Assembly (NCBI GenBank): GCA_021791545.1
Contig: JAJYWL010000003.1
Location: forward strand, 1-51,389
Direction of reading: 5' to 3'
DNA length: 51,389 bases
Origin: a bacterium
GTDB taxonomy: Bacteria; Patescibacteriota; Microgenomatia; Levybacterales; UBA12049
Of the stretch, positions 33,626 through 42,250 are shown in pieces. The notes beneath the pieces are model-generated. The model was not told the DNA's origin, made no database searches, and saw only the letters and a list, made by a program, of their open reading frames with translations. The number at the start of each line of letters is the position of its first letter. Positions within the stretch are counted from its first letter, which is position 1. A program made the position numbers and the translations under genes.

Positions 33626-35143
33626 ATGTTTACAGACGTATTACAACAAGGTAGAAAGGCAGTCATTTATCTAAGGGTGTCCAGCGAAGAACAAGTTGAA
33701 AATTTTTCGCTTAGTACCCAGGAAGAAATATGCCGAAGAGAAGCAACCAGGCGCCAATTTGAAGTCGTCGAGGTTTTTCGGGAAGAGGGAAGATCAGCTA
33801 AAACCATCACCGGTAGGCCGACTTTGATTAAGCTTTTGGAATTTTGTCGAAAGAATCGTCGGACTGTCGATGCGGTATTTGTCTATCGGGTAGATAGATT
33901 ATCCCGCCAAACAGCAGATTATCTGGCGATTAGGAAAAAACTGGCTGAATATGGCATTACTTTAATATCGGCAACCGAACCAACAGGGAATAGCCCAACA
34001 GACAAACTAATTGAAACAATGCTTGCAGGATTTGCCCAGATGGATAATGATGTTCGAAGCGAAAGATCTAGAAATGGACTAAGAGCCAGATTTTTATCCG
34101 GTTTATGTATTGCAAAAGTACCAATTGGATATCTAATTAAAGATGGTTATGCGATTAAGGACGAGGTTTCTTTCGACAAAATGAAAAAAGCGTGGAATTT
34201 GGTGGCAACTGGCACTAAAAGCATGTCTGAGATGGCAGAAATTATGAATAAATGGGGTCTTCGTAAGTTTGTTTTCGGAAAAGAACACATGTTAAGAGCA
34301 CAAACTGTAGACAGAATATTTCGTAACAAGTTTTACGCAGGTTTTATTACTTCGGAAAAATACAAAGAGGAAGCAAAAGGGCAACATATACCAATGATAA
34401 CTGAAGAACAATTTTATAAAGTTCAGGCGATTATAGATGGAAGAAATCGTTGCGGAATGACTGTTGGGAAAAGACTTAAAGACAATCCGGATTTTCCCCT
34501 AAGAAGATCGATAAAGTGCGGTAGGTGTGGAGGAAATTTATCAGGAGGTTGGAGTAAGGGAAGATCAAAAAGATACGCCTATTATATTTGCAAAGGTCGT
34601 TGTGGGGCACCATCTATAAAAGTACAAGTACTGAATGATTCATTGATTGAATTTTTACATTCGATCACACCGCCTAAGAAAAAACTTGAGGTATTTATAA
34701 TGCTTCTTAGGAAAGGTTTTAATCAAAGTTTTAATTCTTTGATGGTAAAAAGAGAAAAAGCAGAGTCAGAATTATTGTTGCAAAAAAGATTAATGGGGGT
34801 TCTTGTTGAAAAAAATTTGATGGGAACTTATACAGATGAGGTTTATAAAGAACAAAGCAAAATTTACGAGGATAGAATAACTGCTGCTGAACTAGTTTTA
34901 GGAAAAACTGTATATGACAAGTATAATTTTACCGATATTGAAAAGTTTATGAGAGATAAATTTAAAGATCTGGGCAAGACTTATCTTAAATCAGAGCCGG
35001 GCGTGCGTAGGGTACTTCTTGGTTCGATATGTCCCTCTGGGCTTGCCTGGCGATATTCTGGTTTATCGAACCAGCAGTTTAGCCCGCAATATCAAGCTAT
35101 TCTTGATGTTCGAGAAGACGATTTTGCATTGAGTACCGCGTAG
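33626..35143 (+). CDS. large serine recombinase (resolvase/invertase N-domain, recombinase domain, zinc ribbon)
   Basis: 505 aa. The catalytic-Ser region is AVIYLRVSSEEQ. RVDRLSRQ is also present. The zinc-ribbon-like segment is CGRCGGNLSG...YYICKGRCG, followed by a C-terminal coiled coil. Confidence 0.9.
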   Translation: MFTDVLQQGRKAVIYLRVSSEEQVENFSLSTQEEICRREATRRQFEVVEVFREEGRSAKTITGRPTLIKLLEFCRKNRRTVDAVFVYRVDRLSRQTADYLAIRKKLAEYGITLISATEPTGNSPTDKLIETMLAGFAQMDNDVRSERSRNGLRARFLSGLCIAKVPIGYLIKDGYAIKDEVSFDKMKKAWNLVATGTKSMSEMAEIMNKWGLRKFVFGKEHMLRAQTVDRIFRNKFYAGFITSEKYKEEAKGQHIPMITEEQFYKVQAIIDGRNRCGMTVGKRLKDNPDFPLRRSIKCGRCGGNLSGGWSKGRSKRYAYYICKGRCGAPSIKVQVLNDSLIEFLHSITPPKKKLEVFIMLLRKGFNQSFNSLMVKREKAESELLLQKRLMGVLVEKNLMGTYTDEVYKEQSKIYEDRITAAELVLGKTVYDKYNFTDIEKFMRDKFKDLGKTYLKSEPGVRRVLLGSICPSGLAWRYSGLSNQQFSPQYQAILDVREDDFALSTA

Positions 35144-35207
35144 GGGAGTTGAACCCCTGATTTTCGGGATGAGAACCCGATGTCCTAGGCCACTAGACGA
35201 ACGCGGC
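35134..35207 (-). tRNA. tRNA-Glu (anticodon CUC); CCA not encoded
   Basis: Hand-folded cloverleaf: acceptor GCCGCGT/ACGCGGT (G1-U72 wobble), D-arm GTCT/GGAC, anticodon stem TCGGG/CCCGA with loop TTCTCAT, 5-nt variable loop, T-arm AGGGG-TTCAACT-CCCCT, discriminator A. Total 74 nt. Confidence 0.85.
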
Positions 35208-35232
35208 TTTTGTTCAGATCAATTATACATTA

Positions 35233-35254
35233 CTTTAGCTTCTTTCTAAAGTCT
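35233..35254 (+). repeat. 22-nt hairpin repeat, copy 1 (CTTTAG-cttcttt-CTAAAG-tct)
   Basis: Identical to 36831-36852. Located upstream of the ABC permease gene. Confidence 0.8.
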
Positions 35255-35294
35255 AGAACTTCACTTTAGTTCCTAAAAGTTCTACACTTAAAGT

Positions 35295-36107
35295 GTGGCA
35301 ATAAGACATTATTATCATCACTATCACTTTTCGTATTTAACTTCTAGAAAAATGAACCTTTCTTCCATTCTTGTGGTTTCAGCAATTTTAGTTATCTTAT
35401 TTTTATTTCTTTTTAAACTTTTTACTCCGGATGTTGCTTTGAATCTTAAGGACCTGTCTTTCGGAACTATTCTACTTGCTTCAATTAATACTTTGATAAG
35501 GTTATTAATATCTTATTTTTTTTCCTTATTTTTATCTATACCTATTTCCCTTCTTATTACTAAAAGTGAGAATAGTGAAAGAATTCTTTTGCCTATATCG
35601 GACATAATCCAATCGATTCCCGTTTTGGCTTTTTTCCCTATAGTTGTAGTAGCTTTCATAAAATTAAACTTAACAGAAGGAGCAGTAATTTTCATTTTGT
35701 TCTTGGCAATGCTTTGGAATCTTGTTTTCTCAATGATAGGAGGATTAAAGACAATTCCAAGAGATATATTGGATGCGGCAAAAATATTCAGAATCGGAGG
35801 ATTTAATAGATTAAGATATGTCATTCTCCCCTCAATATTCCCCTATATAATCACCGGTTCTCTTTTGGCTTGGGCACAAGGATGGAGTCTTTTGATTGTT
35901 GCCGAAGCTCTGCACAGTTTTGTTCCCAATAGTAGTTCAAATTCTGATCCATTAGGTCTTGGAAGTCTTCTTGTTAATTCCTTCTATCAGGGTCAAGATT
36001 TTGTTTTCCTTGTCACACTTATTGTTATGGTGATTATTATTACACTAATTAATTTTTTCGTTTGGCAGAAACTTTTGCATCTAGCGGAAAGGTTTAAATT
36101 TGACTGA
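35295..36107 (+). CDS. ABC transporter permease (NitT/TauT-like BPD_transp_1 family)
   Basis: 270 aa with about 6 TM helices. EAA-like loop DAAKIFRIGGFNRLRYVILPSIFPYI. The start is uncertain (GTG 35295 or ATG 35352). Confidence 0.75.
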   Translation: MAIRHYYHHYHFSYLTSRKMNLSSILVVSAILVILFLFLFKLFTPDVALNLKDLSFGTILLASINTLIRLLISYFFSLFLSIPISLLITKSENSERILLPISDIIQSIPVLAFFPIVVVAFIKLNLTEGAVIFILFLAMLWNLVFSMIGGLKTIPRDILDAAKIFRIGGFNRLRYVILPSIFPYIITGSLLAWAQGWSLLIVAEALHSFVPNSSSNSDPLGLGSLLVNSFYQGQDFVFLVTLIVMVIIITLINFFVWQKLLHLAERFKFD

Positions 36108-36825
36108 AATAATTAAATTTATAAATGTGGGTAAGGAGTATAAGGTTGTTAAGGCTACTGCCTTGTCTTCTGTCACTTTTAGTGTTAATGAAGGAGAATT
36201 TTTATGTATTGTTGGTCCTTCAGGATGTGGAAAATCGACAATCTTAAGATTAATCGGTGGAATAGAGGATAAAACTTTAGGAGAAATCGAAAAACCGGAG
36301 GGAATTTCAATGGTTTTTCAGTCGGGTGCGCTTCTTCCTTGGATGAATGTTGAAGAAAACGTTTCTCTTGTAAATAAAATTAAAGGATATGGAGTGTTAA
36401 AAGTAAAAGAAATAAGTAATCAATATTTGAAAATGATGGATTTGAAAGAGTTAAAGATGAGATATCCGAGAGAGCTTTCGGGAGGACAGCGTCAGAGAGT
36501 GGGAATAGCAAGGGCTCTTGCTGTCGAACCTAAAGTTCTATTGCTTGACGAACCGTTCTCTGCATTGGATCCCGTAACAACAGAAGAGATGCATAAGTAT
36601 TTATTGGATATCTGGTTTAAAACAGGAAAAACAATAATTATGGTTTCTCACTCGATAGAAGAAGCATTGCTTCTTGCAGACAGAATTATGGTAATGGAAA
36701 AAGGGAAAATAAAGCAAGTTTTGAATGTCGAAATTGAAAGACCCAGACATGAGGAATCTGAAAAGATAATTAAGGATGCGGAGAAAATAAAAAAAATCAT
36801 GGAATCCGAATTTGCTTCTCAATAA
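36100..36825 (+). CDS. ABC transporter ATP-binding protein (NitT/TauT-like)
   Basis: Walker A GPSGCGKST, signature LSGGQRQR, Walker B LLLDEPFSALD. It overlaps the permease gene by 8 nt. Confidence 0.9.
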   Translation: MTEIIKFINVGKEYKVVKATALSSVTFSVNEGEFLCIVGPSGCGKSTILRLIGGIEDKTLGEIEKPEGISMVFQSGALLPWMNVEENVSLVNKIKGYGVLKVKEISNQYLKMMDLKELKMRYPRELSGGQRQRVGIARALAVEPKVLLLDEPFSALDPVTTEEMHKYLLDIWFKTGKTIIMVSHSIEEALLLADRIMVMEKGKIKQVLNVEIERPRHEESEKIIKDAEKIKKIMESEFASQ

Positions 36826-36830
36826 TATTC

Positions 36831-36852
36831 CTTTAGCTTCTTTCTAAAGTCT
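36831..36852 (+). repeat. 22-nt hairpin repeat, copy 2
   Basis: Identical to 35233-35254. Located immediately after the ABC ATPase stop and upstream of 36893. Confidence 0.8.
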
Positions 36853-36892
36853 TACAGCTTTATAACATTTTTTTAATCAGAGAGACTCTAGA

Positions 36893-37705
36893 ATGTTTTT
36901 CATGGAGAATGAGCCTCGAATACCCGAAGAAACCCTGCAACAAGAAGGGGTTGTGCCTGAGGATGGTGAAGATCAGTCCAGAAAGCCCATAAAAGCGGGA
37001 GAATTCGGAAATGTTGAGATATTCAGAATGCCTTCAAGAAGAAGAGAAGTTCCTTTGGTTTCCGTTCCTACAGAAATGATGGGTATATATACAGTTTGGG
37101 AGAAAGGAATAACGCCCGAAGAAGCCAAAGCTTTTCCTCATGCAAAGAAATCAAATCTCTTGGGAAGAAAAAGACGAAGAAGAAAAAACTTGATAAATAG
37201 ATTGACCCGAGAAGAGCGAAGCGAGAATAGAGAACAGGTAGCTTTTGCCGATAAGTTTCCTGGTTATAGAGGAGTAGCATCAAGAAGAGCCGATTTATAT
37301 ACCCATATTTATCCCGATTCAAAGGTTTCAATACAATATCTACTTCTTCTTCAATCTTTAGGAGATAATTTTGCTAAATACACGCATACCGATATAGTCG
37401 CCTCAATAGACGCGCAAGCTTTTGCAAATAGAAGAGGTGCCCTCCGTGCAGAGGGAGTGCTTGCAGCTTTACATAGAAGATTTCCCAAAATGAGCATAGA
37501 AGATATAAAAAGAGCGGTGAATGTAAGAACAGTTATTACGGTAGACGAAGAAGCTCTGTTAAGAGATATAGATGCAGGAAGAATTTCCTTAATAGATGGT
37601 ACAATAAAAACCAAAGTCTCTGGAAGAAAGGTTGTTCAGTATCCGTTTAGTGCTGCCCCTAAACCCCTATATCCTCAACAAAGAAAAGAAAAAGATAACT
37701 CTTGA
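36893..37705 (+). CDS. hypothetical protein with an internal basic patch (RKRRRRKN)
   Basis: 270-aa ORF, soluble, with no recognisable motif. Confidence 0.45.
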   Translation: MFFMENEPRIPEETLQQEGVVPEDGEDQSRKPIKAGEFGNVEIFRMPSRRREVPLVSVPTEMMGIYTVWEKGITPEEAKAFPHAKKSNLLGRKRRRRKNLINRLTREERSENREQVAFADKFPGYRGVASRRADLYTHIYPDSKVSIQYLLLLQSLGDNFAKYTHTDIVASIDAQAFANRRGALRAEGVLAALHRRFPKMSIEDIKRAVNVRTVITVDEEALLRDIDAGRISLIDGTIKTKVSGRKVVQYPFSAAPKPLYPQQRKEKDNS

Positions 37706-37730
37706 CTTTCTTCAGGATAATACTTATAAT
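37702..37730 (+). promoter_or_regulatory. near-consensus sigma70 promoter of the marR-efflux operon
   Basis: TTGACT (37702-37707), 17 nt, TATAAT (37725-37730). Confidence 0.6.
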
Positions 37731-37739
37731 GTCAAATTG

Positions 37740-37752
37740 TTAGATTATCTAA
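37740..37752. promoter_or_regulatory. 13-bp palindrome; candidate MarR operator
   Basis: TTAGAT-T-ATCTAA lies between the -10 element and the marR-like ATG (37757). Confidence 0.5.
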
Positions 37753-37756
37753 TAAT

Positions 37757-38188
37757 ATGACAACTAAAGTAAATGACGAGATAATGGAACTCATGAGAGA
37801 CTTCTCGAAAACAATGAAGGGAAGAATGCATTTTAACTTGAAGTCCTCACATCTTACGATGGTTCAATTTGACGCCCTATTATTTATCAAAAAAAATAAT
37901 GGTGCTCAAATGAGTGATATTTCAGATTACTTTGGAACGACACTTCCAACAACAACTTCTTTAATTTCTAAACTCTCAGATTTTGGATTGGTTATTAGAG
38001 AAGATGATAAAGAAGATAGAAGAGTTGTAAAAATTAAATTAACTAAAAAAGGAGAGACTCTTTTAAAGGAAGCAATGGAACATAGACATGCAGAAATAAA
38101 TAAAATGCTTTCATATCTTTCGGAAGAGGATAAAAAAGATTTACTCAGAATATTTAAAAAATTAGTAACTCAAATAAATGAAAAATAA
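37757..38188 (+). CDS. MarR-family transcriptional regulator
   Basis: 143 aa. The winged-HTH pattern is LTMVQFDALLFIKKNNGAQMSDISDYFGTTLPTTTSLISKLSDFGLVIREDDKEDRRVVKIKLTKKG. Confidence 0.85.
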   Translation: MTTKVNDEIMELMRDFSKTMKGRMHFNLKSSHLTMVQFDALLFIKKNNGAQMSDISDYFGTTLPTTTSLISKLSDFGLVIREDDKEDRRVVKIKLTKKGETLLKEAMEHRHAEINKMLSYLSEEDKKDLLRIFKKLVTQINEK

Positions 38189-39296
38189 AAAATTTACAAA
38201 AAAAGATTTTCTTAAGCTTTCAGGAATAACCTTACTTATAGTAGTCGTTGCTATACTTGGGATTTCTCTTTTAGCTAAGGCAAGTGCAGAGAATCCGGAT
38301 ATAAAAACAGCAGATATACAGACCGTTGGTTCTAATATTCTCGCGAATGGTTCTACCGATTCACAAAACAAAGCAACACTCACCTTCCAGATAGGCGGAA
38401 AACTTGTTTACCTTCCTTTTAAAGAAGGAGATACGGTTTATGCCGGACAGACTGTTGCACAACTTGATTCTTCCGATCTTCAAAGAAAACTTCAGATGGC
38501 ATTGAATACATATCAGTCAACTAGAGATACTTTTGATCAGACACAGCAAAACTCACAGGATAATATTGCTCAAAATCAGCAAAAGACATCCTTAAACCAG
38601 CAGGGAGCAGGAGTTTCGGGAGATACTCAGGTAAATGTCATTAACGATATTGTTAAAAGACTTTTGGACCAGAACCAGATGAATTTGGATAATTCGGTAT
38701 TAAATGTCGAACTTGCGAATTCTGCAGTACAGTTATCTACATTAACGAGTCCTATAAACGGAATTGTAATGCACGAAGATGCAACAAATGCAGGAACAAA
38801 TATTTCACCTGCTGCGACATTTGTCATTGCAGATCCATCTTCTATGGTTTTTAGCGCAAATGTAAGACAACAGGACATAGACTTTATAAGTGTAGGAAAT
38901 GAAGCAACTATAACTTTGGACAGTAATCCTTCAAACAAAATAACAGGGACCGTAGATAAGATTTATCCTCAAAAAACAGTTCTTCCTACAGGTGAAAGTG
39001 TTTACAAAGTAGATATAAAGGCAAACGGATTAAATTCTTCGCAAGCAATTCTTGGTCAAACAGGAACTGTTCTTATTAAAAGTAACTTTACACAAAAAGT
39101 GATGCTTGTTCCTTCATGGACAGTTCTTGGAAACAACTATGTCTGGGTAATGGAAAACAATAAGCCGGTTCTTAAAAAAGTAGAAGTCGGAGATACTACA
39201 AATGAGAGAACAGAAATAATGGGAGGACTTTCAGACAACGACAAAGTAATAACAAACCCTGCAAGCGTAATTTCTAAAAACTATACATTACTATGA
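38178..39296 (+). CDS. HlyD/efflux membrane-fusion (periplasmic adaptor) family protein
   Basis: 372 aa. N-terminal TM, a lipoyl-like segment GGKLVYLPFKEGDTVYAGQTVAQLD, a Q-rich coiled coil and a beta-barrel C-terminus. Confidence 0.7.
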   Translation: MKNKKFTKKDFLKLSGITLLIVVVAILGISLLAKASAENPDIKTADIQTVGSNILANGSTDSQNKATLTFQIGGKLVYLPFKEGDTVYAGQTVAQLDSSDLQRKLQMALNTYQSTRDTFDQTQQNSQDNIAQNQQKTSLNQQGAGVSGDTQVNVINDIVKRLLDQNQMNLDNSVLNVELANSAVQLSTLTSPINGIVMHEDATNAGTNISPAATFVIADPSSMVFSANVRQQDIDFISVGNEATITLDSNPSNKITGTVDKIYPQKTVLPTGESVYKVDIKANGLNSSQAILGQTGTVLIKSNFTQKVMLVPSWTVLGNNYVWVMENNKPVLKKVEVGDTTNERTEIMGGLSDNDKVITNPASVISKNYTLL

Positions 39297-39940
39297 AAAA
39301 AATAAGAAATTTATTTAAAAAATTAAGAGATCCTAAAGTAGTAAGAGTCTTAGTGGTAGCTACTGTCTCAATATTAATTATTGGTGCTTTTCTTTTCTAT
39401 GAACTTTATAGAGGAAGAGTTTCTATTGAAGATTCTTTGGTGCAAGCACCAATTACCAGTATATCTCCTGATGCTCCTGGTAAAATCCTGGATGTTAAGG
39501 TTTATGAAGGAGAAATGGTAAAAAGAGGAGATTCACTGGCAACCGTTGGTACTCAAACATTAAATGCATATCAGGATGGTTTGGTAGTATCTGTTAATAA
39601 ACAGATAGGAAGTATCGCTTCTGCTCAAGTACCGGTAGTTCAGGTAATAAGTCTTAAGGACATGAGAGTTGCCGGAACAATAGACGAAAACAAAGGTCTT
39701 AATAAAGTTAAAGTGGGACAGCCTGTTTCGTTTACAGTAGACGCTTTGCCCGGTCAGACATTCTGGGGATATGTTGATGAAATAAGTCCTACGGCAAAAC
39801 AGACACAATTGCAGTTTTCTGTTTCTAATGAAAGACCTACCCAGCAGTTTGTAGTTTACGCAAGATTTAATGCTTACGAATATCCTCAGATTAAAAACGG
39901 TATGTCTGCAAAAATGACAGTCTATACCGATACTCCTTAG
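39293..39940 (+). CDS. second, short HlyD-family adaptor protein
   Basis: 215 aa. N-terminal TM and a lipoyl-like segment APGKILDVKVYEGEMVKRGDSLATV. The start overlaps the upstream stop (ATGA). Confidence 0.65.
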   Translation: MKKIRNLFKKLRDPKVVRVLVVATVSILIIGAFLFYELYRGRVSIEDSLVQAPITSISPDAPGKILDVKVYEGEMVKRGDSLATVGTQTLNAYQDGLVVSVNKQIGSIASAQVPVVQVISLKDMRVAGTIDENKGLNKVKVGQPVSFTVDALPGQTFWGYVDEISPTAKQTQLQFSVSNERPTQQFVVYARFNAYEYPQIKNGMSAKMTVYTDTP

Positions 39941-39944
39941 TCCT

Positions 39945-41453
39945 ATGAAAGATAAAGAGCAAAAAGGGATTCATCCGCATGAGTGGATTGTGCTGCTTAC
40001 GGTAATGATAGCAAGCTTCTTGGGAAGACTTGACGGAACCGTAGTAAATCTTGCTTTACCCAAAATGATATCCGATTTCGGGATAACAGTTTCTCAGGCA
40101 AGCTGGATTTCTACTGCCTATATTATCGCCAACGCCATATTTGTTCCTATTTTCGGAAAGCTTGGTGACATGATTGGAAGAAAACCTCTGTATCTTTTCG
40201 GAATAATAGGCTTTGTAATCACTTCGATGTTGGCAGGGCTTTCTGCAAACCTTAGTCAAATGGTCATCTTCAGGATTTTACAGGCTATAACGGTTTCCAT
40301 AGATTATCCGTTAGCCCTTTCAATCATTGCTTTCACATTCAGAGATAGGGCAAAAAGAGCTCAGGCGATGGGACTTTGGTCTGCCGTCTTCGGAGTAGCT
40401 GCCGTCTTCGGGCCATTATTGGGAGGACCTTTAATAGATAATTTTTCCTGGAGATCGGTTTTCTATATCAATGTTCCCATAGGAATAATAGGTGCCTTGA
40501 TGGCAATGAAATTTATTGAGGAACCTGTACAAAAAATTAGAGGAATTAAGAATTTCGATATTTTTGGTTCTCTCACTCTTGGTTTATCTTTGGGTACTTT
40601 GGTTTTAGTTTTAGACCAGGGTCAGAGCTGGGGATGGCTTAGTTTTAACAGTGTAATAAGTTACATAATAACAATAGTTTCATTGGTATTATTTATTTTT
40701 ATAGAAAAAAGACAGAAAGAACCTGTTGTAGATTTAAAGTTTTTTGCAATTCCAGAGTTTTCAATTTCTTTAATAGCATCTTTTATTACTTTCATGGGAA
40801 TGATTGGTGGTCTTTTTCTTCTTCCTCTTTTCGTGCAGAATTATCTTGGGTACTCGGTTACTAAAACAGGATATCTCTTTCTCCCGATGGCTTTGGGAAT
40901 GATGATAGCTGCTCAGACCGGAGCAAGACTTGTTACGAGATTTCCTCCTAAATATATAGTATCTTCCGGACTTGTTTGGGCAGCCTTCATACTCTATCTT
41001 TTCTCGGGAATAGATCTTACCTGGAGTCAGGTCCATTTTTCTATTCTTTTGTTTGCTTTTGCTCTTGGTCTGGGTTTTACTTTTGCTCCACTTACAAATG
41101 CTGCAATAGCAACAGTTCCACATGACGAAGTAGGGGTGGCTTCTTCAATTCTTGCTTTGGTAAGAAATATTGCCGGAGCTTTCGGTGTAGCTATTTTTGC
41201 GACCGTTCTTACGGATAGCGTTACCTCAAATCTAATTGCAGTAAATAAATATTCGATAATTAACACTTTAAATCCTCAGGCTCTTCAGCAGGCAGCTTAT
41301 CTTATGGTAATAAAGGCAAACATTGCTTCTTTTGAAATTGTATTTAAGGTTTCTGCCGTATTTACATTAATAGGTGCGGCTGTCGCCTTATTCCTTAAAG
41401 AATCGAAAAAAGACTTTCAGGGAGAAGATAACATGACCGAAATGGGAATGTAA
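39945..41453 (+). CDS. MFS transporter, DHA2 (EmrB/QacA, 14-TMS) family drug:H+ antiporter
   Basis: 502 aa. Motifs LPKMISDFG, GKLGDMIGRKPLY and PLLGGPLID are characteristic of DHA2. Confidence 0.85.
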   Translation: MKDKEQKGIHPHEWIVLLTVMIASFLGRLDGTVVNLALPKMISDFGITVSQASWISTAYIIANAIFVPIFGKLGDMIGRKPLYLFGIIGFVITSMLAGLSANLSQMVIFRILQAITVSIDYPLALSIIAFTFRDRAKRAQAMGLWSAVFGVAAVFGPLLGGPLIDNFSWRSVFYINVPIGIIGALMAMKFIEEPVQKIRGIKNFDIFGSLTLGLSLGTLVLVLDQGQSWGWLSFNSVISYIITIVSLVLFIFIEKRQKEPVVDLKFFAIPEFSISLIASFITFMGMIGGLFLLPLFVQNYLGYSVTKTGYLFLPMALGMMIAAQTGARLVTRFPPKYIVSSGLVWAAFILYLFSGIDLTWSQVHFSILLFAFALGLGFTFAPLTNAAIATVPHDEVGVASSILALVRNIAGAFGVAIFATVLTDSVTSNLIAVNKYSIINTLNPQALQQAAYLMVIKANIASFEIVFKVSAVFTLIGAAVALFLKESKKDFQGEDNMTEMGM

Positions 41454-41473
41454 TTGTTCACTTAAAGTATTTT

Positions 41474-42250
41474 TTGTATAATCTTATTGTGGAAAAGATA
41501 TTTCTATCTGTTGTAATACCCTCGTATAACGAAATGGCAAACCTCCGAAAAGGTGTTTTGGATAAAGTAGAACATTTCCTTGATAGACAGAAGTTTGAAT
41601 ACGAAGTAATAGTTGTTGATGACGGTTCTTCCGACGGAAGCCAGGAATTCGTAGAGAAATTCTCCAAAGAAAACAAAAGATTCAAGATAATAAAAAACCA
41701 GCATCTGGGAAAAGCAGGAGCAGTATCATCCGGAATGCTTGCTGCAAAAGGTGAGTACAGACTCTTTACCGATATGGATCAGGCAACTCCAATAGAAGAA
41801 GTAGAGAAACTTTTGCCTTTCATGGGTAAGAATTACGACATTGTTATAGGAAGCAGAAACAGTACTAGAAAAGGTGCTCCTTGGACAAGAGCTCTTATGG
41901 CAAAGGGAATGATCATATTAAGGACTTTGATAGTAGGAATAAGGGGAATACAGGATACACAGTGTGGATTCAAAATGTTCAGAGATAATGCTTCCGAAGA
42001 ATTATTCACCAAACTAGAAAAATTTCACCATGGTTACAAGAAGATTTCAGGTTCTTCGGTAACAGCGGGTTTTGACGTCGAACTCTTGTTTTTAGCCGAA
42101 AAAGAGGGATTTAAAATAAAAGAGGTTCCTGTCGAGTGGTTATATGTTGAATCAAGAAGAGTAAGTCCTATTAAAGATTCAATAAATGCTCTCTTGGAAC
42201 TTCTAAGGATAAGGTATAATGACTTGTCCGGTAAATACAGGGCTTTATGA
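41474..42250 (+). CDS. GT2 glycosyltransferase, polyprenyl/dolichyl-phosphate sugar synthase-like
   Basis: VVIPSYNE, VVDDGSSDGS and DMDQATP motifs. The real start may be the GTG at 41489, because TTGTTC-N17-TATAAT overlaps 41454-41482. Confidence 0.8.
   Translation: MYNLIVEKIFLSVVIPSYNEMANLRKGVLDKVEHFLDRQKFEYEVIVVDDGSSDGSQEFVEKFSKENKRFKIIKNQHLGKAGAVSSGMLAAKGEYRLFTDMDQATPIEEVEKLLPFMGKNYDIVIGSRNSTRKGAPWTRALMAKGMIILRTLIVGIRGIQDTQCGFKMFRDNASEELFTKLEKFHHGYKKISGSSVTAGFDVELLFLAEKEGFKIKEVPVEWLYVESRRVSPIKDSINALLELLRIRYNDLSGKYRAL

Larger units (their letters stand above)
22207..35137. mobile_element. putative integrated mobile element (about 12.9 kb) next to tRNA-Glu, carrying a serine recombinase, a T4CP-like ATPase, a replication-relaxation protein, cargo genes and a DGR
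   Basis: The recombinase gene's 3' end overlaps the tRNA 3' end. There is an imperfect direct repeat, TTTTG(t/c)(g/a)TT(a/g)AGTACC, at 22191-22206 and 35122-35137 (13/16 identical). Mobility genes are clustered. The boundaries are hypothetical. Confidence 0.35.

Noticed and set aside
35233-36852. The 22-nt repeats as terminal inverted repeats of an IS or MITE
   Set aside because: The copies are in direct orientation, not inverted. The intervening genes are an ordinary ABC permease/ATPase pair with no transposase, and no target-site duplication is evident.
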